Shown here: positions 1-12,150 of the stretch, piece by piece | Layout of the letters: each line of letters starts with the position of its first letter | Numbering within the stretch: position 1 is the stretch's first letter | Assembly: GCA_964016885.1 (NCBI GenBank) | Contig: OZ024741.1 | Location: 180,482,001-180,546,000 of the forward strand | Source of the DNA: Eledone cirrhosa | Taxonomy: Eukaryota | Direction of reading: 5' to 3' | DNA: 64,000 bases | Position numbers and translations under genes: made by a program | The notes under the pieces: generated by a model | What the model was told of the DNA's origin: nothing | The model's input: the letters and a program-made list of their open reading frames with translations, nothing else | The model's database searches: none

Positions 1-165
1 GAAGTCTATATTAGAAACAGAAATAAATGTTTTTAGGTCAATCCCACTGTCTGAATAAATAATTTCTTTGTTTGAATACTTTTTATATTACATTTCTTTT
101 TAACTTTCTTTTTGTTATTCTACATTTGTTTATCCTCTCTCTCTATATATAAATATATATATATG

Positions 166-225
<60 letters not shown>

Positions 226-379
226 CATATGTATATATGTATGTATATATATATATATATAATATTTATGTGTATGTATATATATGTATATGTATGTTTA
301 TATGTATGTATATATATATATATATAAAGGATAAACAATGCTAGCATGAAAAAATGGAAGTAAAATGGTGGTGATGATG

Positions 380-418
<39 letters not shown>

Positions 419-430
419 ATATAGTAATAA

Positions 431-622
431 TAATTGTTTCTACTTTTGGCACATGGCCAGTAAATTACCCAGTGCATTACTGGTACTTTATTTTATCGAC
501 CCTGTAAGGATGAAAGGCAAAGTTAACCTCGGCGGGATTTGAACTCAGAATGGTAAGGGCCGTAACTCCATGCGTCAAAGTATGGCGTCCGACCCTCTAC
601 CGATACTGCCAATCCACCGCCC
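431..622 (-). mobile_element. tRNA-derived SINE (dominant family of the window, 20+ copies); central domain resembles the Meta-SINE domain
   Basis: Minus strand reads GGGCGGTGGATTGGCAGTATCGGTAGAG (A box) ... GAGTTCAAATCC (B box) ... GCCTTTCATCCTTACAGGGTCGATAAAATAAAGTACCAG ... AT-rich tail. Confidence 0.9.
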
Positions 623-733
623 TATATAGTAATAATAATCACAAAGATCAAAGTCGAATATCCTGTAATAGGGTGAAAGCAGCAATTCTTTGCTTAAATT
701 TTAATCTGTACTAATAATATATATATATATTCA

Positions 734-775
734 GATCTAGCTGTCGAAATGGCCAGAGCTCAGCCATTGGGGTCC
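734..775 (+). ncRNA. 3' half of a family-D hammerhead motif (GAAA-stem III-AUU-GGGGUCC), 5' core missing
   Basis: GAAA TGGC CAGAGCTCA GCCA TT GGGGTCC, next to (TA)n. Homologous to 44347-44395 and 57223-57318. Confidence 0.5.
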
Positions 776-799
776 TAACTCTTTTCCTCCCACCCCCCT

Positions 800-1076
800 C
801 CCAAAATGGTAATGGAGGTGCCTTGGCAAAAAAGCACCAAGCCCACCCTGTAAAGTGGTCATGTAGGCGCCACAGAAAAAAAGCACCCAGCAGTCACTGT
901 AAATAAAGTTGGTGTTAGGAAGGGCATCCAGCTGTAGCAATCAAGCCAAAATCAGTTCCCGTATGAGCAAGACAAGGTCAGCCGACCGGGCACTGCCCAC
1001 AACAGGACAACCCGTCTAACCCATGCTAGCGTGGAAGAATGGACGTAAAACGGGGATGATGATGATGATGATGATA
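800..1076 (+). mobile_element. Second SINE family with RTE-like 3' tail ending in (GAT)n
   Basis: AAGGGCATCCAGCTGTAG...CCCGTCTAACCCATGCTAGCGTGGAA...(gat)n. Related pieces at 4890-4985, 5750-5890 and 63640-64000, and the RTE tail at 30900-30970. Confidence 0.65.
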
Positions 1077-1640
1077 TCACGTTTTATTTACTTCTCTCAC
1101 ATTATTGAATACCCATTACAGGATATTGTAAACATCTGTATTCCTTGCTAGCTATGTTCGGATGGATCATCACAGACCAAGTTAAGCAGAGCTACTGATC
1201 TTTCAGATGAGTTCCATCTCACTTATGCTTCCACACTCTATGAGATGTTCAGGTAGGCTGACAGCCCGCATATCTCTTACTAAATATTCCCATGCTCTAT
1301 CAAGTGCATTTTATACACAGCACTATATACACAGATATACTATGCTGGATGCCCTTCCTATCACCAACCACTGTGCAGAGTGTTCTGAGTGTGTTTATCA
1401 TGTAGAAAAGTTGTTGTGCCCTTCACTCAACTGAATATACCTCTTAACCTTTTGGTATAGCTTCTACCATAGGATGCTTTTCTATCGATATATGTATGTA
1501 TGTACATATATGTGTATGCATGTATGTATATATGTATATGTGTATCCATGTATGTACATATTAATGTATATATATGTATATATGTATGTATATATGTATG
1601 TATTTTTCCATGTCTTCTACTTTCATCCACACCCTCTATA

Positions 1641-1945
1641 TCCAACTTTCACCTGGGCAGCATGTCCAGGTAGGTCTAAATTCTTCACCCTCATTCTCCA
1701 ACTTTCACCTGGCCAGTGTGGACAGGTAGGTCTAAATTCTACACCCTGATTTTCCAACTTTCACCTGGCCAATATGGACAAGTAGGTCTAAATTCCACAC
1801 CCTCATTGTCCAACTTTCACCTGACCAGTGTGGACAAGTAGGTCTAGACATCTTACCTTCCCTGCATAACTTGCCCTTGGCCAATATGGACAGGTAGATC
1901 TAAATACCACACCTGCCTATCTAATGTAGACAGGTAGGTCTAAAA
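1641..1945. repeat. Minisatellite, ~55-bp unit (tccaactttcacctggccagtgtggacaggtaggtctaaattctacaccctcat), ~5-6 decaying copies
   Basis: Units start near 1641, 1698, 1753 and 1809, then degrade. Confidence 0.9.
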
Positions 1946-2056
1946 GCGACATAGTTGCTGAGATTTTGTTTTTATTAATTTTCTTCTACCTTTTATGTCC
2001 ATGAGCAAAATAAATATTTTTGTTTTTAAAAGATATCTTTGTTATTGATTTTGCAG

Positions 2057-2158
2057 GCAGAAAAGGTATATAAACAGAAGTTCTTGGAAAATATTCAGTG
2101 TAAAAAGCAGTATGAGTCTTCAAAATCGTTTGCTGTTTCTACTAAAGATACAGAAAAG
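2057..2158 (+). CDS. PSTPIP1: PSTPIP1/2-like F-BAR protein, internal exon A (AEKVYKQKFLENIQCKKQYESSKSFAVSTKDTEK); earlier exons lie upstream of the window
   Basis: ttttgcag acceptor, AG|gtaaat donor, 102 nt open, phase 0-0. Resembles the PSTPIP1 segment [21 protein letters not shown]...QVEK. Confidence 0.85.
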
Positions 2159-2309
2159 GTAAATAGACTTTTGTATGTGTGTATATGAGACAATGTGGTT
2201 TTCTGGTGATCTGGGCCATTGTTAGCACTGGTTACAGGCACTAACATTGAGGCCAACTAGATAGCTGCCTAAGGTACAGATATCAGAGAAGTACATTACG
2301 GAAGCTTAA

Positions 2310-2517
2310 CCCTTTAGCATTTACATTATTCTATATTTACTATTATATTTTCATGGTAAAGGCTTTATCTCACATAATATTGAATCAACGAGATTTTGAT
2401 ATTATTTATTTTGAGAACAATACCTTAAGATAACTATGAGTGGCCGGTTACAGCCGTTTAGAACTGAAAGAGGTGAGAGAATTCTGGCTGGATATGGCTG
2501 GTTTAAATGCTAAAGGG
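2310..2517. mobile_element. piggyBac-type TTAA MITE
   Basis: TTAA|CCCTTTAGCATTT...AAATGCTAAAGGG|TTAA. A second copy is at 19702-20256. Confidence 0.85.
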
Positions 2518-3201
2518 TTAAAGGTTCACAGTTTTATATAAATTTGTATAATTATATTAAATATATAATAATTTCCTACAATCAATAAATATACCCTGAA
2601 ACATCTTTGCTGCATAGCAGCTTTATGGAAATATCCAAAATAGTGGAGAGCGTTGTATGGTGTTATGGACCTGTCACATGATCACTTGTGGTGGAGTGTG
2701 AACTGCGTTGTAGAAAAGGCTGGCTTAGTAATTTGTTAGTATGGTTAGAGCAAGAAATGTCAGAACCAAACTATAAGTTTTATCTGACACATAGATATTT
2801 ACTAAACATCTAGATGCCAGCCTGGTCTGTTGGGATTATATTCCAATAAACTGTGTTTTTCAAAGGAGTGTATACCATGCTAGGGTTAGCATTGTAGGCT
2901 CTATTACTGGTTTTTCTATTGTTGTCATCATGGAGTTTTGTTTTTTTTAAGGTAATATTTTACAACCAGACGCTTTTCTTCGTGCCTAACCTATTAGTTA
3001 CCTCTTATGACATACAAGGGTATGGCATATCTATTTTAAACTGGATACACATCAGGTTATTTATGTGTAGGCAAACATTCTCTCTGTGTTTGTGAGAAAT
3101 TGTTTTTCTGTTTGTAATTGCAGTTATTTTCTACACCAGAGCTTCGTACATCTTCTTATATATATATATCATCATCATCATATATATATATATATATATA
3201 T

Positions 3202-3877
3202 CTAGGGTGGGTTAAATTCCCGAGATCCATGGACAAGATCTCTCCAGTGGTCTCTGTCCCTCATCATCGCTGCAATGTCCTGCCTCTTTAAGAGACCAGT
3301 GTCTGTCCTTAGGGCATCAACATATGTCAACCTCGGTCTCCCTCTTCCTGTATGTCCGTATAGGGGCTCCCACAGGAGCACTGAGTGCCGTGTCAACTCT
3401 GGATGCCGGTGAACATGTCCAGCTAATCTCAGTCTCCTCTGTGTTACTCTTGAGCTGACTTTTGGGAGGCTACCGTACAGCTCTGTGTATACTGTGTCGA
3501 TGTGTGTGGGGCTGAGAATGAATGAGACTAAAACAAAATATCTGGTAGAGAATATTAAGAAGCCAGAGAAGATTACTAATGTAGGCGGGAAGCCGCTAGA
3601 ATTGGTTGAGGACTTCCTGTATCTGGGAACAAAGATTGGGAATACAGAGATGATGATGTGGTCGAGTGGAAGATCAAAGCCTGGGCAGCGTGCCACAGTT
3701 TGAGATCGGTGTGAAAGTCGGACATTCGTAAAGACCTGAAGATCCATCTCTTCATTGCTGTAGTGGAGTCTGTGCTGCTGCATGGGTCTGAGACTTGGAC
3801 ACTGACCAAGAAACTCACTCAGATGGTGGATGGGTGCTACACGAGAATGTTGAGGATGGCTCTGAACATTAATCAGT
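3202..3877 (-). mobile_element. RTE-clade LINE 3' fragment with inverted 5' segment
   Basis: Minus 3202-3485 encodes ELYGSLPKVSSRVTQRRLRLAGHVHRH...GRGRPRLTYVD. Plus 3505-3877 encodes GLRMNETKTKYL..VEDFLYLG..VESVLLHGSETWTLTK..MLRMALNI. Confidence 0.85.
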
Positions 3878-3892
3878 ATGTGTATATATATA

Positions 3893-4243
3893 TGTAACAA
3901 AGGGTATTAATAGTGTTGTTAGATGAAATAACAAGAATAAGTGATTTACTTTATATATAAAAAGGTTTACTTCACTTCAGTGAAAAAGAACAATAAACAA
4001 GTTACCACGAGTTGCGAAGGTTGACAATGAGAGAGAGATAGTAATGGTCTGTGGTTGACTGTAGAGGCCTGTAGTAGGCGGTGAATCTTTACATAGCTTG
4101 TCTATAGAGTACGGCTTCGATCTCTCTGTGTGTTAGACGTGGGATTTTACAGGCTTTATATACCTGTCACTTTGAGGGATTACCCGTCCACTCCGGAAAG
4201 GATGGTGACCTAGAATTTGACTTTTAGGACAGATTTCGCTACA
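3893..4243 (-). mobile_element. Solo LTR (351 bp)
   Basis: TG...CA ends with short inverted termini TGTAACAAA / TTTCGCTACA, tata on both flanks, and a TATA-like GTATATAAAG on the minus strand. Confidence 0.65.
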
Positions 4244-5235
4244 TATATGTATATGTATATATATATAAGTGTGTATATATATATATGTATGTGTGTGTGT
4301 CTTTGCACATATAAACTTGCATATCTAAGATGTTGAAGAAGAGTTGGGGCTCCAGTCATTATGATTGTACCCCGAGTTGATCAATATTCAAACAATTGTA
4401 AGATGCCAATAAAGTTTATACATGTGTTGCAACACTGACTTTGATTCTACTTAATTTATTTACACCACTATTGGAATACAACCCAACATGAGACAGACCT
4501 CATAACAGCATTGAGTGTTTTGAACGGTGTGCCACCTGTAACTGTAGTTACATACCTAACTAACACACACACATATGTATATGTGCATATGTTCATTTAT
4601 CCATCTATAAGCTTTTAACTTGTGATGAAATCATAGAGGTGTTAAGTTGGGCATTTGAAATCTAGTGAAGCCCCCCTCCTATCTGGCAGATTATTTATTG
4701 ACCTTGAAAGGATGAAAGGCAAAATTGACCGTGGTGAGATTTGAACTTGGAGTGCAGAGAGCTGGAATGAATACCACAAACCATTCTGTCCATTGTTCTA
4801 ATGACTGCCTCATCGCCACCTTTCTGCTTATATACCCATGTGTATTATTGTTTGCATTTATTCAAGAAAGAAATATATGAGTAATTATCATCATCATCAT
4901 CATCATCATGTCCACTTTACCATGCTAGCATGGGTTAGATACAACATTTTGAGGCAAAGTTTTACAGTCAGATGCCCTTCCTTATAGTTGCTTCTTACAA
5001 CACACTGAAATACAGTGTTCCTATTCTAATTTGGATACACATGGTTACTCTGCATGACTATTTACCACTGTGATATAGGTTTTCTCCTTTGTGATTACAT
5101 TTGTGAGTATTTAGGTTACATTTTTAAGAGAGTGAACTTTATAAAACATATCACATTGGTATAGTATTTTCACCATTATATATTAAATGTAATTATTTGC
5201 ATACTCATCCAACCAACTGTTCTGTTGTTTTGTAG

Positions 5236-5281
5236 TTGTTCAATAAACACATCAAGGCTGTCCAGGGTAAAGAAAATGCTG
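5236..5281 (+). CDS. PSTPIP1: PSTPIP1/2-like exon B (LFNKHIKAVQGKENA)
   Basis: ttttgtag acceptor, G|gtaagt donor, 46 nt, phase 0-1, in frame with exons A and C. Corresponds to PSTPIP1 SQNKARQCKDSATEA. Confidence 0.85.
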
Positions 5282-6818
5282 GTAAGTAAAAATATGAAGT
5301 GAATTATCTACTATCATAGAATACCATTGTGAATTGGTGTATCTGTGTGTGTGTGTGTGTGTGTGTGTAATGAAGTGAATTATCTAACCGAGAATGCCAT
5401 TGTAAATTGGTGTATCTTTGTGTGTGTGAATGTAATGTGTGTGTGTAATAAAGTGAATTATCTAATATAAAATATCATTGTGGGCTGGTGTATCTTTGTG
5501 TGTACATGTAATGTGTGAGTATATATGTGCATGTGCGTATGAGTAGCATATAGTAGAAGCTGTGTAGCTGAATGGTTAAGATGTTGCCTTTGTAACCACA
5601 TGGATCAGGATTCAATTCCATTGTTTGTCATCTTTGGCGAGTGTAATTTACCATAGCCAACAGTCACCTTTCAAACAAATCACATGTCTGTACCAGTGCA
5701 GTTTTCTCACTTGCACACTATGGCTGATTCCTGCAATATTCATTGGAATTCATCATCATCATCATCATTTTATGTCCGCTTTTGCCTGCTTGTAAGGGTG
5801 GGACGGGAACTGATTCTGGCTTGATTTCTACAGCTGGATGCCCTTCCTAACACTAACCTCATTTACAGTGAGTGCTGGGTGCTTTTTTTTCCATTCTGTC
5901 TGGTGGGATGATGATGCAATCTTATGATTCCTTCAGATGAATATATTAATTAATATCATTAACAAAAGTAAAGTCATTAGCGTTTCAGATTTAGATAGCC
6001 TTATGGAAATTGTCTCAGTTCTCCACTGCTCTATATCTCTCTTTTAACCCTTTTGATACCAAACTATCTGCAATGGACCCTGGTTCTATGATTCAATAAT
6101 GTTTATTTTAAAGAGTTTATATTCATCTAAAACACATCATAATTTTATGTAAAAGCCTTTGTTGAGTTATGTTCCAAACATTAGCCAAATAATAAGAAAG
6201 TTATTATAACTAAATCCCTCCAAATTCTTGATTATTTTCAAAACCACTTGAAAATCATAGGCATTGTCTTTCATTAGAAATTTAGTAATGAAACAGTTTA
6301 ATTAATTAAGTGTGATTCTGTTTAAATCCAGACTTTGAAAATAAAATAAGACTAAAAGCATCCATTTCTTCATTTTGTCATGTCTGCTAAATTATCTGCT
6401 CTCTAACACACCACCATGATACAATATTTTTATAACACCCCATCCATCTCATTCTTCAGAACAGGCATCAATTCAGTTATTGTTTGAGAGTAACAGTTCT
6501 TTCTTTAATTCTTTATTTTCCACTCAGAAAATTCTTCACTGTAATAAATTCCACTTGGTAAAACAACTTAAGTTTCTAAACTAAATGTAGCACCATCTCA
6601 CCTTCACACCCCCACACAATCACAACCTCTCACCATCACACTTTCTCACCATAACACCATCTCACTATCACATCATTTCACCATTTCCTCAAATCACCAT
6701 CATCCTATTGCCCCATCTCACCATCTCACACCGTCTCATCATCTCACTCTCACACCATCTCATCATCTCACTGCCATACCATACCATACCAATATATAAC
6801 TGTATCACAATATTCCAG

Positions 6819-6898
6819 ACTACCTCTACAAGAACCTCATTGATCAGCTGGAGGACAGCCACAGAGTTTTTGAACAGGAGATACAACAGGCCTTTATT
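6819..6898 (+). CDS. PSTPIP1: PSTPIP1/2-like exon C (DYLYKNLIDQLEDSHRVFEQEIQQAFI)
   Basis: ttccag acceptor, gtgagt donor, 80 nt, phase 1-0. Similar to PSTPIP1 [27 protein letters not shown]. Confidence 0.88.
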
Positions 6899-7559
6899 GT
6901 GAGTTGAACTTTGTATATTATTGAGATTGGTTTTTCTGTGTTGAATTGGTTTTTCTGTGATGTTGTTGTTGTTGTAAGGGTGGTGGATTGGTAAAATTGT
7001 TAGTGCATCAGACAAAATGAATTGCAGTATTTCATTATGGCCCTCTACATTCTGGTTTCAAATCCTAGTGAGCTCAACTTGGCCTTTCATCCTTTTAATG
7101 TTGATAAATAATGTATCAGTCCAGTACTGGGATTAACATAATCAACTTTGCCTTTTCTTCAAAATGCTGGCTTTGTGCCAACATTAAAAACAATTATTAT
7201 TAATCCCGCCGAGGTTAACTTTGCCTTTCATCCATACAGGGTCGATAAAATAAAGTACCAGTAATGTACTGGGTAATTGCTGGCCTTGTGCCAAAAGTAG
7301 AAACAATTATTATCATCTGGTGGATTGGCTGAGTCAACAGAGCATCAGACAAGTGTTTAGCCGTAATTGTTCTAGCTCTTTACATTCTGAGTTCAAATCC
7401 ACTGAGATCAACTTTTCCTTTCATCTTTTCAAGGTCGATAAAATAAAGTACCAGTAAAGTACTGGGGTTGGTAAATTAACTTTCCCTCCCATACAAATTG
7501 CTGGCCTTGTGCCTAAATTAGAAATCATTCTTATCTCCTTTTCATAACTTTGGGTGTTA

Positions 7560-9005
7560 CTGCTATTTATTTAGGACTCCACATCAGGCTTAACATAAGC
7601 TTAAGATATGGAGAATGACTGGGTCTTCTCTCATTTAATAGATAAAACTCTTCAAAGTTTATGTGCTGTCCCTAAAAGCACTGATTTCTGTCTATGTTGA
7701 GTATTTTCAAGAGGTTGTGGAAATCTGGTGGGATTAGTCCCAAAGCACCAATGATCATGGAAATGATGCATATCTCTTTATTCCATATCTTTGCTATTCC
7801 CACCTTACACTCAGAGTAATTTCCCAACTTCTCATTTCTCTTTTCCATCAGATTGGTATCTACAGGACAGGCTACATCAACTATGAAACATATATTTGCC
7901 GTTTTCTCAATCACTACAATGTCAGGTTGTCTGTGTTTGATCTCTCTATTTGTTTGAATGCTTATATCCCACAGTATCTTAACACTTTCATTTTCTACCA
8001 CAAATTCTGGTTTTTGGCTGGTACCTGTTTTCATCAATATCAATGCCATACTTCTTGCACAGCATTCAATGCAGATTAGCACAAACATTGTCATGCCTTA
8101 TTTTGTATTCTTTCTGTGCTAATGTTACACAGCCACTGATAATATGAAACACATTCTCCTCATGAATCTCATACAATCTACATTTGTTTGACACATCCAT
8201 TTTGTAAATTCCTCTCTTTACTGCATTAATATTTAGAGCCTGTTCTTGAGCTGCTAATAGTAAGCTTTCTGTTTCCCTTTTCAAGTTTCTTTAACTAGTT
8301 CCATGACTCACATGCTTATTTGTTTTTCTGTCTCTTTTTCAAACTTGCCATGCAGTGTTTTTCTTCTCAACTCTTCTTGTTTTTCATTTTTCACATTTTT
8401 GTTTTGTAGTTTTCCATATCTTCAACACTATTTTTTTTTATAGACCTTCTTCTCATGCTATGGCTTCCAACAATGTCTCATTGCTATTTACCAATTAGTA
8501 GTAGTGTAAGCATCTTACCTCTGATCTGTTGCATTCCTTTACCCCAATAAGGCTCCTTCTATTTTTGCTTCCAATAGACAAAAGTATCCTTAAAAACTGT
8601 AAAAGGATGAGAACCAATGTGAGCATGGTCTGGATTGACTACAAAAAGGCTTTTGATATGATTCCATATTCATGGATCATACAAACAATGAAAATGGTGG
8701 GATTAACCGAGACTATCATAGGATTGATATCAGAAAGTATGAGCAAGTGGAAAACAAATCTGTATGCTGCTGATAAAATTTGGAGACAGTCGCGATCAAA
8801 AGACATATCTCTCAGGAAGATTCTTTCTCGCCACTTCTTTTCGTGATTGCTGTAATATTGTTGACACATGTATGAGAGAAACTAGGATAGGGTGTCAGCT
8901 GGAAAAGAATGGGCCATTGATTAACCATCTATTTTTTTATGGATTACTTAAAGTTGTGTAGGAAAAACAGGAAGTAAGTTGATTCATTTATGCAGACTAT
9001 ATACC
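7560..9005 (-). mobile_element. Decayed R4/Dong-like non-LTR retrotransposon: minus-strand CCHC and restriction-like endonuclease, plus an inverted RT fragment
   Basis: Minus: ESLLLAAQEQAL..CRL..HIISGC..ILWD..PDIVV..IVDVACP..IIGALG. Plus 8575-9000: WIDYKKAFDMIPYSWI..SPLLF..INHLFFMD. Confidence 0.85.
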
Positions 9006-9039
9006 TCAGCTCGTGCATATGGAAGGGCAGGTCTTCTGT

Positions 9040-9813
9040 AATACTGTGTAGTGACAAAGATCACAGTCCTGTATTATCCCCTTAATGAGGTACAATTGTG
9101 CAAAGTCAGCTTTTAATGCCTCATCCTAAATCTTCCTAGGCCTGCCCACCCCATGGCTTCCATCAACTTTGAGCACTCAGCACCTTATTATACAGCTGTC
9201 ATCCTTCATATGCATCACATATCCATATCAATGCAATCTCCTCTCCTGCACATTGCATCCGATCCCTCTTATGCAGTTCATTTATGCTTTGCCATTCGCA
9301 TATATTACTATTGCGCATCCATTGAAGCATGGAGGCTTCATTTCTTTCCAATCTTCGCAGGTCCTCTGCACACAGTGCCCAGCTCTCGCTGCTGTTCAAC
9401 ATTGTTGTTTGTATACAGTCTGCCTTTCATTTTCTGCACACTGAACAGGGCCATTTCCCTGAAGAGATCTGGGCCCTGTTTTCCTTTCTACTTACTAGAA
9501 TTTTATTTTTGCCAAGTTGACTTTAAGAGCTTTTGATTCTAGGTCGTGCTTCCAGATTTTCAATTCCATCTCTAATTCAGCTACAGATTCAGCTATAAGG
9601 GTTAGGTCATCTGCATACAGGAGTTCCAGTGGGCAGCCAGTCTTAAACTCTTCTGTTATTGCATGTGGGATGATAATAAATAGGAGGGGGCTAAGAACTG
9701 AGCCCTGATGGATACCAATCTACACGCTAAATTCTTCTCTATAGTCATTATTAATTCTGACCTTGCTGACTGTTCATGGCTTGTACTGCTCTCACAAGCC
9801 ATTCATCTACTCC
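9040..9813 (-). mobile_element. RTE-clade LINE fragment
   Basis: QGSVLSPLLF..ELLYADDL..SESWAL..LRRLERNEASMLQW. Same family as 30900-32242. Confidence 0.85.
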
Positions 9814-9829
9814 TATATATATATACATA

Positions 9830-11136
9830 TGAGGGGGGATCAAAAAGTTCGTGGAATTTTATTGTAGCAAGAAAAAAATCAGGTTAAAACAATATTAAAC
9901 ATGTCAGAACATTGTCACTGGGTGTTTACCTTGCTATTAGTCACTTGTAGTCAGTTATGCGTGGAGTATTGTACAGTACTGATATGCTTTAAAAAACCTC
10001 TTTTTGGAACAATGGAAAATAGTTATTTTGAGATAAGATCGAATATCAAGTTTCTAGTGAAACTAAAATGGAAAGGGACACAGATTATGGAGGCTTTAGT
10101 TAAAGTTTACGGTACTACTGCTGCAAAGAAAACTGCTGTCTACAAGTGGATTCAGCGATTCAAACAAGGGAGAGACGACCTTGAAGACGACCATCGCAGT
10201 GGAAGACCAGGAACATCAAAAAATGACCAAAACGTTGAGGCTGCTCAGACTTTAATTGAAGAAGATCGAAGAATAACAGTTAGCTAAGTCCCTAGACATT
10301 TCATATGGTTCGGCAAATTCAATTCTGCACGATAATTTGGGACTAAGAAAGCTTTCAGCGCGATGGGTCCCAAAAGCATTGCGCCCTGATCAACTGATTC
10401 TTCGAAGTGATCTGTCTTTGGCGATATTAAACAAAATTGAAGTTGATGAAGAGCATTTCCTGACCAGAATCATCACCGGAGATGAAACCTGGATCTACCA
10501 GTATGATCCTGAATCCAAACAGCAGTCAAAACAGTGGCTTCCATGTGGATCATCGGGGCCAATCAAGTTCAAATCTCAAAAGTCGGATCAAAAAGTGATG
10601 GCCACCATTTTCTGGGATTCAGATGGGGTGATACTAATAGATTATCTTGAAGGTCAAAGAACTGTGACAGGAGCTTACTATGCAAATGTTTTAAGGAAGC
10701 TGAAAGAGACATTAGTCAAGAAACGAAAAGTGAAACTTCATGATGGGACCTTGTTTCAGCATGACAATGCACCAGCGCATTCTGCGCAGGTTGCAAAAGA
10801 AGTTCTTCGAGAATTTTAATGGGAAGTGCTTCCTCACAAGCCTTATAGTCCAGATTTAGCCCCATCAGACTTTTTCCTCTTTCCAAAACTCAAAGAAATG
10901 CTAAAAGGAACCCATTTTAGTGGTGTTGAAGAAGCTAAAAACACTGCCAACACATGGCTTCGAACAAGGCCTTCAACTTTCTTTAGAGATGGCTTACGAA
11001 GCTGGAAGCATCGCCTTGTGAAGTGTATTGACCTGGATGGCAACTATGTAGAAAAATAAATTGAAGGTAAATCATATTTTTTGAAAAATAGATTATTTTC
11101 TGAAAAATTCAGCGAACTTTTTGATCCCCCCCTTCG
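9830..11136 (+). mobile_element. Full-length mariner (DD34D) transposon
   Basis: TIRs GAGGGGGGATCAAAAAGTTCG / CGAACTTTTTGATCCCCCCCTTCG with TA on both flanks, ~1.3 kb. Confidence 0.95.
10012..11059 (+). pseudogene. Mariner transposase pseudogene
   Basis: HTH region (VYKWIQRFKQGR..RSGRP), WVPKAL, GDETWI, HDNAPAH and YSPDLAPSDFFLF motifs. Stop and frameshift near 10285, stop at 10817-10819. Confidence 0.95.
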
Positions 11137-11150
11137 TACACATATATATG

Positions 11151-11196
<46 letters not shown>

Positions 11197-11598
11197 GACA
11201 CAGATATATATATACCATAACATATATATACCATAACAGAAGTCCAACAAACTTTTGATTCCAGAGTCAGGCCAGATCGGTACAGATTGAGCCTTGAACT
11301 GATCAATTGTGAAACACGTGTCACACCTCAATAAATGTAATGAATAACATGCTTTGCAGCATATAGTTATGTCACTTTATATTCTGAGTTCAAATCCTGC
11401 CATGGTTAGCTTTGCCTTTCATCCTTATGAAGTCGATAAAATAAAGCACCAGTAATGCACTGGAATCAATTTAATCGACTTCCCTCCCCCACAAAAATTG
11501 CTGGCATTATGCCCATAATAGAAATCATTATTATGTCCCTTTACAGACTGAGTTCAAATCCCTCCGAGGTTAACTTTGCCTTTCATGCTTACGGGGTC

Positions 11599-12150
11599 GA
11601 TAAAATAAAGTACCAGTAATACACTGAGTAATTGCTGGCCTTGTGCCAAAAGTAGAAACAATTATTAAAACTGAAAGGGCAGTGGTTTGGCAGTATTGGT
11701 AGAGCGTTGGACACCATACTTCGTAGCAGAGAGTTATGACCCTTTACATTCTGAAGGTTGATAAAATAAAGTACCAGTAATACACTGGGTAATTGCTGGC
11801 CTTGTGCCAAAACTAGAAACAATTATTAAAACTGAAAGGGCAGTGGTTTGGCAGTATCGGTAGAGCGTTGGACACCATACTTCGTAGCAGAGAGTTATGA
11901 CCCTTTACATTCTGAAGGTTGATAAAATAAAGTACCAGTAATACACTGGGTAATTGCTGGCCTTGTGCCAAAACTAGAAACAATTATTAAAACTGAAAGG
12001 GCAGTGGTTTGGCAGTATCGGTAGAGCGTTGGACACCATACTTCGTAGCAGAGAGTTATGACCCTTTACATTCTGAAGGTTGATAAAATAAAGTACCAGT
12101 AATACACTGGCATAATTGCTGGCCTTGTGCCAAAAGTAGAAACAATTATT
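11599..12150 (+). repeat. Tandem array of a 161-bp SINE-derived unit lacking the B box (~3.4 copies)
   Basis: GATAAAATAAAGTACCAG recurs at 11599, 11760, 11921 and 12082, and the units are near identical. Confidence 0.92.

Noticed and set aside
112-452. ORFs rich in YI/IY/CV/HT repeats, here and throughout the ORF track
   Set aside because: They are translations of (TA)n, (CA)n and (TATG)n microsatellites, not genes.
431-622. tRNA gene (A and B boxes present)
   Set aside because: No cloverleaf, and the head continues into a SINE body found in 20+ copies.
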